64,000 bases of DNA from a virus, in IMG/VR virus record IMGVR_UViG_3300017991_000060, positions 1-64,000 of that record. The stretch is one strand, 5' to 3'. Numbering within the stretch: the stretch's first letter is position 1; each line of letters opens with the position of its first letter. The notes under the pieces were generated by a model, which saw only the letters and a list, made by a program, of their open reading frames with translations, was not told the origin of the DNA and made no database searches. Shown piece after piece: positions 27,518 through 36,256 of the stretch. The translations under genes and the position numbers were made by a program.

Positions 27518-27936
27518 AGTCCTGCCTTCCAGCCGTCCTCGTCCTGCGTGAAGTCGTGCGCCACGCGGTCGAATGTGGTGAGGGCGCGGGCGGCCACATC
27601 GTAGGTGGTCCCGAGCTCCTCAGCCGCCGCTCTCGTGTTCCTCCCCAGGTGCATCAAGTGCATCACGCGTACGGCCAAAATGACTTGCTCGACCAGCTCC
27701 CGCGGCGGGAGGTTCGCCGCCTGCCACCTCCCGACCTCGAACACGCGGAGCGCGGCCGGTGGAATCTCGCGGGACTGGCAAACCTCCACGGCGCGACCAA
27801 GCCCTACAGCACCGGCCAGAGAGGCAAACGCCCAGAGGTCAGGCGCGCGGCAGGCCCGGAGAAGCAACCGCATCGCCGGGCCTGGGAGCCGCTCAGGAAT
27901 CGGAGGGAAGCGCGGCGTCTCCTGCGCGGAGGGCAT
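27514..27936 (-). CDS. Hypothetical protein with C-terminal HTH-like segment
   Basis: TRAAAEELGTTYDVAARAL. Confidence 0.55.
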   Translation of the reverse strand: MPSAQETPRFPPIPERLPGPAMRLLLRACRAPDLWAFASLAGAVGLGRAVEVCQSREIPPAALRVFEVGRWQAANLPPRELVEQVILAVRVMHLMHLGRNTRAAAEELGTTYDVAARALTTFDRVAHDFTQDEDGWKAGL

Positions 27937-28921
27937 AGTCGATCTCCTTCAGGAGCGGCCCTACCTGCTCGTCGTCCTTGTACCAGAGGAGCACCTCGCG
28001 GACGCGGGCGAGGAGGCCGGACTTGCCCGCGACCACCAGGGGTACTCCGTACTTCGTCTCGATGGACTGGCAGAGGAACTCCACCTCCACGGGGAGGCCG
28101 CCCTCGCTCACGTCAGGCACCGAGCTCATGTAGTGCGTCGCCATGAGCGCCGCGGCGGCCGAGTCGCCCATCTCGTGATCCTCGGGGCACGCGCGCTGCT
28201 TCACCTTCCTCAACGCGGCCCGCCAAAGACGTAGGTTCTCCCGACCTTCCTTGTTCCCAGGGAAGATCATGGACACCTTGACCTGGGGCTTCTTCTCCTC
28301 GCGCGGCTTCGGGTCCAGCGTAGGGGAGCCGATGTCCTCGTCCTCGTCAAACCCCTCGGCCGCCGCGGAAGTCACCTCGCCCGCCGTCGTCCTGGTCCCG
28401 GTCGCGCCGGAGAGCTTCACCTCGTCGCGGAGGTCGAGGTAGTTGATGCCGTGCTCCTCGATCCGGTCGAGCCACTGGAGGAGCGTCATCTCCGAGCGCG
28501 CGACGCGGAGCACAGCGTCGATCTTGCCCCACCCAAGACGTAGGACCCGCGCCATCGTGTGCTCCGAGAGGTTCATCGCCGTGAGGTCCAGGTAAATCTT
28601 GCGGAGCCGATACGCCTTGCTCTGACGGCAGTTCAGAATCGACCAGGACCAGTCGTCGAAGTGCTTGTAGGTCTTGCCGTCCGGCCACTGTTGCCAGTAT
28701 GGGGTGGACAGGGTGCCATCCGGCAGGCGGTACCTCACGGTCGCCTCGTGAATCATCTGGCCGAGCACCATGATCTCCGTATGGCTCCGGTTGATGAGGA
28801 CCTGGGAAAGACGGTTGGCGAAGTGACGTAGGTACCTGTTGTCGATCATGCCGTCCTGCCGAACGCGATCCAGGTATTCCGGCGGGGCGGGTACGATAGG
28901 GTCTGGTCCTGACTGGCTCAT
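27893..28921 (-). CDS. Hypothetical protein
   Basis: Long ORF; ATGA coupling. Confidence 0.7.
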   Translation of the reverse strand: MSQSGPDPIVPAPPEYLDRVRQDGMIDNRYLRHFANRLSQVLINRSHTEIMVLGQMIHEATVRYRLPDGTLSTPYWQQWPDGKTYKHFDDWSWSILNCRQSKAYRLRKIYLDLTAMNLSEHTMARVLRLGWGKIDAVLRVARSEMTLLQWLDRIEEHGINYLDLRDEVKLSGATGTRTTAGEVTSAAAEGFDEDEDIGSPTLDPKPREEKKPQVKVSMIFPGNKEGRENLRLWRAALRKVKQRACPEDHEMGDSAAAALMATHYMSSVPDVSEGGLPVEVEFLCQSIETKYGVPLVVAGKSGLLARVREVLLWYKDDEQVGPLLKEIDYALRAGDAALPSDS

Positions 28922-29160
28922 ACAGGTGCGTTCTCCTCGACCCATCGCGCATGGTAGCGGATGAAGGCCGTGCACGAAATGCCGAGGTCCTCGGACATCT
29001 CACGTAGGGTCCACGTACCACCACCCCGCTTCACCGTCCGGGCAGCGAGGTACTCCTTGAACCTGTCGAAGCCTAGCTCGCGAATGGCTACTAGGATGTC
29101 CTCCTGCGCGGCGTGAAGGGGCGATCCCAGCGGACACACCTTGTCTTTGAAGCGCGGCAT
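28918..29160 (-). CDS. Small HTH protein
   Basis: WTLREMSEDLGIS. Confidence 0.6.
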   Translation of the reverse strand: MPRFKDKVCPLGSPLHAAQEDILVAIRELGFDRFKEYLAARTVKRGGGTWTLREMSEDLGISCTAFIRYHARWVEENAPV

Positions 29161-29162
29161 CC

Positions 29163-30191
29163 CTACCTCCAGGCGCTTTCCGGTGCGTCTCGACCGAAGC
29201 ACATCGAGCACGCCGGGCACTTCCTCGCCATCTCGTCCCTGGGGTCAGAACAGACCCGCGCGTCCGCGAGAGTATGCGATCCGTCCGCAAGCGCGACGTT
29301 CACCGCGTCTATCCTACCACGGACAGCGGCCAGTATCTCGGGGTCCAGCGGGGCGACGATCTCCTTCCACTTGGAGACGGCATTCTTGTTGACGTAGATG
29401 AACAGGATGTGGGTGATGCCGTGGCAAGCCGCGTACAGAGTGGACTGCCGAACGTGGTCGGCCTTTGGCAGCACGCGGTAGTCCCTCGGGATCTCGGACA
29501 CCCATCCGGGCGGCGCGGTCCACCCGGCCGCCAACGCGAGGTCCTCCCAGTACGTGTTCTTCCCCTCGCACCACCCGAACTCGTTGATGGACTTGATCTC
29601 CAGGACGTACCTGAACAACGTGTCGCCTACGCGGTGGTGGACCTCGCCGTCCATCATACCGTTGATCCCGAGCTCCTTCGCCAGCGGGAGGCCGCGCATC
29701 CACGGCTCGATGTAGATCCACGGCATCTGATCGCGCCGGTTCATCCCGTTGCACCTGGGGCACGGCGCAGCGTCGAAGATCGGCTCCCCGTTGTGGCCTG
29801 GGTAGTGCGTCCTGGGCATGTACCCCTTGTCAGTGCGGTGCCCACAGTGGGCGCACTTCCACTTCCCCCAGAGCTTCCCTACCACACCGAGCTGGTACTG
29901 CACCATGCGGTGGACAGCATCGCCCACAACAAACTCGCTGTAGAGGTGCGGGGGGAACCTCTGCGCCTCGGCCGCGGACCGCTTGAACTCGAACCCCCAC
30001 CGGATCACGGCCGGGTCGTCGGAGTACAGCGCCTCGTCGGCCTGAACCATGTAGTAGCGGAACACCGGGCAGAAGTCATCGCGGCTCACCTGGCTCGGGT
30101 GGAACCCAGGCGACCGCGGCGTCTCGCGGCGCGTGCGGTAGTAGGCATTCACCAAACGGCGAAGCCCAAGACTGTTCGGAACGTCGCTCAT
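29163..30191 (-). CDS. PD-(D/E)XK (Cas4-like) exonuclease with Zn-ribbon insertion
   Basis: FHPSQ..CP; GDAVH; GMMDG; LEIKS; QSTLY; insert CAHC...CPRC. Confidence 0.8.
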   Translation of the reverse strand: MSDVPNSLGLRRLVNAYYRTRRETPRSPGFHPSQVSRDDFCPVFRYYMVQADEALYSDDPAVIRWGFEFKRSAAEAQRFPPHLYSEFVVGDAVHRMVQYQLGVVGKLWGKWKCAHCGHRTDKGYMPRTHYPGHNGEPIFDAAPCPRCNGMNRRDQMPWIYIEPWMRGLPLAKELGINGMMDGEVHHRVGDTLFRYVLEIKSINEFGWCEGKNTYWEDLALAAGWTAPPGWVSEIPRDYRVLPKADHVRQSTLYAACHGITHILFIYVNKNAVSKWKEIVAPLDPEILAAVRGRIDAVNVALADGSHTLADARVCSDPRDEMARKCPACSMCFGRDAPESAWR

Positions 30192-30583
30192 GCCAACCCC
30201 TCCAGGAGACGTATCGCCGCACCAGCATCCCCGTCCATGACTGCGGCGGCGGCCTTCATCAACAGCTCCGCCTTCGCGAGCGGGAGGGCGGCCCAGTCGA
30301 AGCCCTCCCAGCCGAACACGAACACCGGGGCCTGCCCTACAGCAAGGGCCTGGGCGCGGATCTCCTCCAGGTCCTCCCGCTTCACCCGGATGGTCTTGGC
30401 GGCCGGGTCCGCCCTCGTCTTGCACGACGCGCGGAACATGCCGCCGGTCGCGTCGCCCTTGTGCGTCGGCCGCCACCCGCACCCGCTACCTGGGGTCCGC
30501 TTACCCGCCGGAAGCGCCCTTGCGGCAGCGTCCTCTTGCACCTCGTGAGTAGGCTTCCTCGGCCCTCTGAACCTTCGCTTCAT
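30188..30583 (-). CDS. Holliday junction resolvase-like PD-(D/E)XK nuclease
   Basis: QEDAAAR...GKRTPGSG..KGDA..ASCKT. Confidence 0.65.
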   Translation of the reverse strand: MKRRFRGPRKPTHEVQEDAAARALPAGKRTPGSGCGWRPTHKGDATGGMFRASCKTRADPAAKTIRVKREDLEEIRAQALAVGQAPVFVFGWEGFDWAALPLAKAELLMKAAAAVMDGDAGAAIRLLEGLA

Positions 30584-30698
30584 CGTCCACCCGCTTTGCC
30601 GCGCCGCACTTGCCAACGTGTCGGACGAACGGCCCCCATCTCTCGTATCGCTTGCCGCAAGCACAACGGTACGGCTTGTCCTCGTAGGCCAGAGCCAC
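30501..30698 (-). CDS. Small zinc-finger protein
   Basis: CACGKRYERWGPFVRHVGKC; overlaps the next gene start. Confidence 0.45.
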   Translation of the reverse strand: MALAYEDKPYRCACGKRYERWGPFVRHVGKCGAAKRVDDEAKVQRAEEAYSRGARGRCRKGASGG

Positions 30699-30700
30699 CC

Positions 30701-32281
30701 CTACACCTTCAGGGCCGCGCCGCGCGCCCAGAGGACCTGGAGCACCCTCGCGCGGAGGTCGTCATAGATCGGCGTGTGCGCGCGGAGGAACGCGGTGCAG
30801 TCGCCCACGCGGGGGAACACCTTCTCCCCGCCGTCGATGAAGTCGGAGTACAGGGTGAGCCGCGCCTTCCCGCTTCCGTCCTTCAGGAAGCCCTCGCCCA
30901 GCTCGCGGGCGTACCGCATCACCACGTCGAGGTCGTCCGAATCCCCTACAGCGTGGTCGGCGTCGCGCACGAGCCAGTACCGGATGGTCCCGGAGACGCC
31001 ACAGCTCCCGCCGTACTTGTGCTTGCTGATCTCGAACTCGAAGTCGCCGTGGAGCGAGACGGTGTTCGTGGCGTCGAAGGTGTAGCCCCTCGCCATGAGC
31101 CGGAGGTCGAGGGAGCAAGCGTGCTCGACCTTGTTCCCCCCGGTCGGCCCGAGGAACGGGTGCTTCCCCCATCCGATGTTCTTCGTCGTCACCTGGGAGG
31201 TGAGGAGCACGGTGGGTCTGTAGCGCGCGGTCAGGCCCTCCTCGAAACACTGGGCGATGTGCCTGGTGATGAAGCGGCCCATGACGTTCGCGTGGGCGGC
31301 GACCACCGGCGACTCGTCGAGGGCCTTCTCCTGGTTGCTCTGCGGGTTCAGCATGGAGATGGAGTCGATGATGATGAGGTCGAACTCCTGGGCCACTACA
31401 GCTTCCTCGATGGTGGAGAGCGACTTCTCCGCCCAGCCGCTCCCCACCAGGAGTACGTTCGAGGTGTCCACCCCGTTCTCCCGCGCCCACCGCTCGTCGA
31501 TGGTACCCTCGGAGTCGAGGTAGAGGCAGCGCCACGGCTCGCACCTGTTCGCCGGGGCGAACACCACCTGGCGCGGCTTCGGCTTCGCTTTGCCCGCCGC
31601 CTTCACTACGTGCTCCGGCGGGTCGCAGTCGATGGCCGGGAGCGCCACCTTCCCGAGCGTCGGGTGTTCCACCGTGCGGAGCTCGTGCCCGTCGGGGAGC
31701 TGGCCGTTGCTGATCTCCAGCGCGGCCTTGGCCGGGAGCCACGGGTAGTCGTCTTCGTTCATGAGCCAGAAACGAGGCTTCGGGCACCTACAGTCCACGC
31801 ACCGCACGTCCTCCCCCTCCGCCTGGCGGACCTTCACCGGACACGGGGCGTCGCCGAAGTCCAGGCCGAGGCGTTCCTGCTGCGCCCTCGTCTGACAGGT
31901 GCAGTCCGGGTGACGCACGAGCGGGGTCTTGCAATGACGACAGTGGTTCTGCGCCGAGCTGAGGGCGCGTAGGCACAGCGTGGACTTCAGGACGGACTTC
32001 GGACCCCACAGACGGTTGATGCCGCCGACGCGGAGGCCGCCCTTGGTGAGCCAGTCCAACATCAAGATGCCGAACGGGAGGGTGCGGACCCGCGCGACGG
32101 GGGCCACGTCGAGCGGCATGGCCGCGGTGCGGCCCCAGGTGCGGCCGATGGACTCCGCTATCGCGGACACCCGCGTCTGCCCGAGGGACGGCGAGCCGCC
32201 CTGGTCGTAGGCGGAGAGGTCCGGCATCTTGAGGTCCTGCTTCTTCGGCTTCGGCTTGCTCGCCCGTTTTCTCTTGCTCAC
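30701..32281 (-). CDS. recA: RecA/UvsX-like recombinase with a large Cys-rich insertion
   Basis: GILMLDWLTKGGLRVGGINRLWGPKSVLKST; YLDSEG; LIIIDSIS; GGNKVEH. Confidence 0.8.
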   Translation of the reverse strand: MSKRKRASKPKPKKQDLKMPDLSAYDQGGSPSLGQTRVSAIAESIGRTWGRTAAMPLDVAPVARVRTLPFGILMLDWLTKGGLRVGGINRLWGPKSVLKSTLCLRALSSAQNHCRHCKTPLVRHPDCTCQTRAQQERLGLDFGDAPCPVKVRQAEGEDVRCVDCRCPKPRFWLMNEDDYPWLPAKAALEISNGQLPDGHELRTVEHPTLGKVALPAIDCDPPEHVVKAAGKAKPKPRQVVFAPANRCEPWRCLYLDSEGTIDERWARENGVDTSNVLLVGSGWAEKSLSTIEEAVVAQEFDLIIIDSISMLNPQSNQEKALDESPVVAAHANVMGRFITRHIAQCFEEGLTARYRPTVLLTSQVTTKNIGWGKHPFLGPTGGNKVEHACSLDLRLMARGYTFDATNTVSLHGDFEFEISKHKYGGSCGVSGTIRYWLVRDADHAVGDSDDLDVVMRYARELGEGFLKDGSGKARLTLYSDFIDGGEKVFPRVGDCTAFLRAHTPIYDDLRARVLQVLWARGAALKV

Positions 32282-32874
32282 GTTCGCCTGTTCCTCCTGT
32301 GCCGCTCCCCCTTGCCGAGCGGGACCCACGAGACGCCGGAGTCGCGCAGCTCGCTCTCGACGAGGGCGGCGAGGACCTTCCTACTTCCGTTCCCGTTGTG
32401 CTCGTACATCGCCCGCACGGCGCGGGCGGCGGCGTCGATGAACGGTTGCGTGAACCAGTACCGGCCGCCCAGCTCGATGGACGATCCGGGCAGAACGCCC
32501 CCCGCGAGCCAGGACCGCACCGTGGCCTGGGAACGACCTACAGCATCCGCGAGGTACCGAGTGGAGTACACCCACTGACCCTTCGCATCGTCGCGCGGGC
32601 CGCGCACGGAGTCGATGGGCCGAACGCACCTGGGGAGTCCTCTCCGCCCGGCCGAGGTCGCGCCTCGCGGCGGGGTGGGCTCGGAGCGGTTGCGCTCGAA
32701 CCGCTCCTCGGCGCGCCGCCTTCTCGCCGCGGCCCTCCGGCTCCTACTACGTTCGAGCACGGCCTCCCGGTACTCCCGGTCCTTCTTGTACCGCTTGCGC
32801 CGGTTCGCGTTGAACGACTCGCGGTTCTCCTCGTACCACTTCCGGTACCTCTCCCGCGGCGTCTGTGCAGTCAT
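32278..32874 (-). CDS. MerR-like HTH protein
   Basis: YSTRYLADAVGRSQATVRSWLAGGVLP. Confidence 0.65.
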   Translation of the reverse strand: MTAQTPRERYRKWYEENRESFNANRRKRYKKDREYREAVLERSRSRRAAARRRRAEERFERNRSEPTPPRGATSAGRRGLPRCVRPIDSVRGPRDDAKGQWVYSTRYLADAVGRSQATVRSWLAGGVLPGSSIELGGRYWFTQPFIDAAARAVRAMYEHNGNGSRKVLAALVESELRDSGVSWVPLGKGERHRRNRRT

Positions 32875-34295
32875 ACAGGCATCCTCCACGGCCAGGGTTC
32901 ATTCCGAATGGTGAACCCCTTGGCCTTGTAGTATTCGAGTCGCCTATACGCCTGCTGGATCAACTTCCTGTGCCCATACACGAAGTCGAGTATGAGCGGA
33001 CGGCACGGTGCCTGGGGCTGTAGACCCCGGCCCATCGCCTGCCTGACATCGGTGATGGGTCCGAAGATGCCCAGGAGGGTCGGAGGTGGCTGGAAGTCCA
33101 CGCCCTTCGCTGCGGCCTTGAAGGTCCCGATGCATGGAGACTTCGCCATCTCCGTGGCCGTCGTGTTGCCGCCCACGTAGGACCCAGGGTTCGCGCCGCG
33201 CTGTCTGAGCCGCTCGACGACCAGGGCTATATGAGCGCGGAGCCCGGCGAGCGCGAGGACATGGCGGCCCTCGTCGTGCGCCCGGAACAGCATGTCCGCC
33301 ACGGTGGAGGTGTAGACCGGATCGGCCATCATCGCCTTCTCCGCCTCGACCCGGTTCAGGGTCCCAAAGGTGATGATGCGAGGGAACCCCATGTACGGCT
33401 CGCCGGTTTCCTTCCGCACCTTCGGGATGCGATGCTTGGTGTAGGGGATCGGGACGAACGCCACGTCGGCACGCATCTCCCTGGTGAGCTCAGCGATCAC
33501 CGGCCCGATAAGCCAGAAGATCGCTTGCTCCAAGCCGTCCTTCCGGTCCGGGGTCGCGCTCAGTCCGATGATGTAGGCGGCGTCGAACCGAACGAGCGCC
33601 CCCATAATGAGGTCGCACGGCGCGGAGTCGCACTCGTCAACGATGATCGTCCCGAACTTCCGGCGCACCTCCGGCGGGATGTCACGGTTCATCAAGGTCT
33701 GCGCCATCGCCACCACGATGGGCTTGTCCACGTCAAACCGCTCACGCTGGATCACCCCTACGGGCACCGGCCGTCCCTGGGCATCGCGCACGAACTTCTC
33801 CACGTCGCGGATGAACTGCCCCTTGAGGTTGTCCTGGGTGACGATGATGAGGACGTGGCCGCCGAGCTCCATCGCCGCCTGGATCGAGATGAGCGTCTTG
33901 CCGGAGCGGGTCGGCGCGACAAACACACCGCCGAGGCCGTTCGCCCTACAGCCGCTCACGATGTCTGTGATCGCTTGGCGCTGTCCAGGTGGGAAGGGTG
34001 GAGCGCCCCACTCGATGCCGGTGACGCTAGAACCCGGAGGTAGCGGCCATCCAGAACTCCGGTTGTCCATCGCGCGGAGCCAAGGGACGAGCCAAGCCCC
34101 CTCTGGAGAGAGGGGGTACGCCCTGGGGATGTGCGTCCACCGGCCGCCGTTCATCCAGAACGGCATCTGAATCGACGGGCCGTGCTGTTGACGTTGCCAC
34201 AGTGTCAGCGTGCGTTGTAGGTATTCCAGGGCTTGCGCTTCGTGGGGCTCCGCACCCAGCGCCAGGGTCCCAGACATCCATGCGTACATCCGCAC
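32871..34295 (-). CDS. Superfamily 2 (DExD/H, UvsW-like) helicase
   Basis: APTRSGKT; IIVDECD; GLSATPDRKDG. Confidence 0.85.
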   Translation of the reverse strand: MRMYAWMSGTLALGAEPHEAQALEYLQRTLTLWQRQQHGPSIQMPFWMNGGRWTHIPRAYPLSPEGAWLVPWLRAMDNRSSGWPLPPGSSVTGIEWGAPPFPPGQRQAITDIVSGCRANGLGGVFVAPTRSGKTLISIQAAMELGGHVLIIVTQDNLKGQFIRDVEKFVRDAQGRPVPVGVIQRERFDVDKPIVVAMAQTLMNRDIPPEVRRKFGTIIVDECDSAPCDLIMGALVRFDAAYIIGLSATPDRKDGLEQAIFWLIGPVIAELTREMRADVAFVPIPYTKHRIPKVRKETGEPYMGFPRIITFGTLNRVEAEKAMMADPVYTSTVADMLFRAHDEGRHVLALAGLRAHIALVVERLRQRGANPGSYVGGNTTATEMAKSPCIGTFKAAAKGVDFQPPPTLLGIFGPITDVRQAMGRGLQPQAPCRPLILDFVYGHRKLIQQAYRRLEYYKAKGFTIRNEPWPWRMPV

Positions 34296-35847
34296 CTCCG
34301 CCCGTGAATATACCCGGACGCGCGGCGTCTGTCAAACTGCCCCACTCCACTTGGTCGCACCCGACGACACCTACGACATCGTACGCAGTCGCGATGCGAA
34401 GCGTTGGATGCGGAATGCCGCGCGTCACCCGGAGCACATCTGGAAAGTCCGCCTCCAACCGCTTGAGCGCGTCGTTCACCGTGCCCGGCTTGAGGCCGAG
34501 GACCCGGGCGACGGTGCGGCGACCCAGGAAGAACTGGCGGCGGGGGTGTAGGCCGCGCCCCCAGAACCAGAACGAAATAAGGAAAGCAAGGACCCGCGCG
34601 TCAACCCTGGACCGGCGGCGGCGAAGCCGCTGGTGGACCTCCCACCACGGGTTCAAGGTACCCTCGATCTCCTCGGGAGGCGGGAACGCCGTCACCCACT
34701 CGGGCATCTCCTCACCCTTCGCCGGGGTCCAAGCGGCGAGGGCCGACACGTAGTCCGCGCGTCCGGTGGCCGCCGCCTTGGTCCCTGGTAGGTCCTGTAA
34801 CGCCTTCGCGATGCCGCGGGGGGAAACGCCTTGCCGGGCCATCTGCCGCGCAAGGTGCGCGTCCCTGCCGCTCCTGCCGCCTTTCCAAACAGCGACGGGG
34901 GAGGCTAGCGCCCATCGATACTGCGTGTGCCTTCGCTGCATCCTGCGGATGATCGCAGCGTCCCGAAGGGGGTCGCCCTCGGGGAGCGGCCCGACATCTC
35001 CAGGCGCGGGAACCGGAATCTCGCAGCGCAAGCCCTCCGGGAAGTAGGAGCGGAGCGCCTCGACCACCCGCTCCGGCTCGCACGCCGCCGCGCTCATCGT
35101 AACGGAGGAGCTCCGCGTCACGTTCGCGTCGCGCATCGCCTCGACCACCGCGTCCAGGTTCGTCACCGGCCGGAGCTCCGGCGTCAGTAGGATGCCGCCA
35201 CCGTGGTCATGGTCGGCTGGGTGAAGAGGGAGCGCGTGCATCGTCCCGTACCCAGCTTGGTGCTGCGCTCCTGGGATGATGTCGCACCGGCCGTCAGCCC
35301 CGATGGCCCGGCGGATCGCCCTCCCCACGGTCGAAGTCGCCGTCGTTGGGACCGGCGCGTCGAGGAACACAAATACGTGCGCCCCGGTGCCGCTCTTGCT
35401 CGCGAAGACGAGCGGGGGGAACCCGAGCCCGAGACACGCGCCGACCGCGGCGGCGACCATCTTCCCGGTGCCCGTCTCCCCGTTGTGCGCGTCGATGTCA
35501 ATGCAGAGGTAAGTGGTGCCAAGGCCGTCGCAAGTGTGCTCCCCGATGCACCCGCACTCACCGGTTCCGAGAAAGGGGTAGGACCCGGCACGGACGGCCC
35601 CAACGAGATGTGCGCGGAACGCCGTCTCGCGGTCTGTCCTGGGGGCGGGGTGCCATCCCTTCCAGATGCCGCGCTGTTCGAATAGGGCCGGTACCGGATG
35701 GCCGCAGAACAGGTCGAGGGACGCATCAAGCAAGCCTGGGTGGGCGTGCCGTCCTCCGGTGAGGGCGTCGAGCCCATACCCAGGGAGTCGGCGTGGGCGG
35801 CGGCGTGACCGACCCCTACACCAAGGGCACGAACATACTGTTTCCAA
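34027..35847 (-). CDS. Archaeo-eukaryotic primase-like protein
   Basis: LCIDID; SKSGTGAHVFVF; start uncertain. Confidence 0.6.
   Translation of the reverse strand: METVCSCPWCRGRSRRRPRRLPGYGLDALTGGRHAHPGLLDASLDLFCGHPVPALFEQRGIWKGWHPAPRTDRETAFRAHLVGAVRAGSYPFLGTGECGCIGEHTCDGLGTTYLCIDIDAHNGETGTGKMVAAAVGACLGLGFPPLVFASKSGTGAHVFVFLDAPVPTTATSTVGRAIRRAIGADGRCDIIPGAQHQAGYGTMHALPLHPADHDHGGGILLTPELRPVTNLDAVVEAMRDANVTRSSSVTMSAAACEPERVVEALRSYFPEGLRCEIPVPAPGDVGPLPEGDPLRDAAIIRRMQRRHTQYRWALASPVAVWKGGRSGRDAHLARQMARQGVSPRGIAKALQDLPGTKAAATGRADYVSALAAWTPAKGEEMPEWVTAFPPPEEIEGTLNPWWEVHQRLRRRRSRVDARVLAFLISFWFWGRGLHPRRQFFLGRRTVARVLGLKPGTVNDALKRLEADFPDVLRVTRGIPHPTLRIATAYDVVGVVGCDQVEWGSLTDAARPGIFTGGGADVRMDVWDPGAGCGAPRSASPGIPTTHADTVATSTARPVDSDAVLDERRPVDAHPQGVPPLSRGGLARPLAPRDGQPEFWMAATSGF
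34307..34337 (-). promoter_or_regulatory. sigma70-type promoter inside the 3' end of the AEP-like gene
   Basis: GT-TTGACA-N17-TATATT upstream of the helicase. Confidence 0.8.
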
Positions 35848-35899
35848 GGGTCCGCTCCTGGCGCGTGATGCTTCCCCGAAACGCGCTTGGTAAGAGTCC

Positions 35900-36256
35900 T
35901 CAGTATCGCGTTTTCCTAAACTGAATGAAAGGGGTCAGCGAAGGATGGTCAGCGACTAACATCCGGGCGATATACGCCGTGTAGTTGTTGTTCACCTTGT
36001 AGTCCAGCCCGTAGGTGAACGTCACCTCCCAACGCACACGCTCTGCCAACAGCTTCACACCGAATCGCCGCCCCTTCGTGGACATCTCCAACGCAAACCT
36101 AATGAAGAGTCGATAAACGTCGGGATTCGCGGTGATCCACTTCTCCGCGGCCCTCCGAAGGTCCTCTCCAAAAGGGTTGTTCTCCCGCGCCGGTCCTACG
36201 TCATCCGGGTCAGGGATGCCGCCGAAGCCACCAACCATCGCGTCATGAAAGTCCAT
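35900..36256 (-). CDS. Conserved-looking phage hypothetical protein
   Basis: LLAERVRWE...YKVNNNYTAYIAR. Confidence 0.65.
   Translation of the reverse strand: MDFHDAMVGGFGGIPDPDDVGPARENNPFGEDLRRAAEKWITANPDVYRLFIRFALEMSTKGRRFGVKLLAERVRWEVTFTYGLDYKVNNNYTAYIARMLVADHPSLTPFIQFRKTRY

Noticed and set aside
31530-31950. RecA insertion as an intein
   Set aside because: No C-terminal His-Asn followed by Cys/Ser/Thr and no LAGLIDADG or HINT motifs seen.
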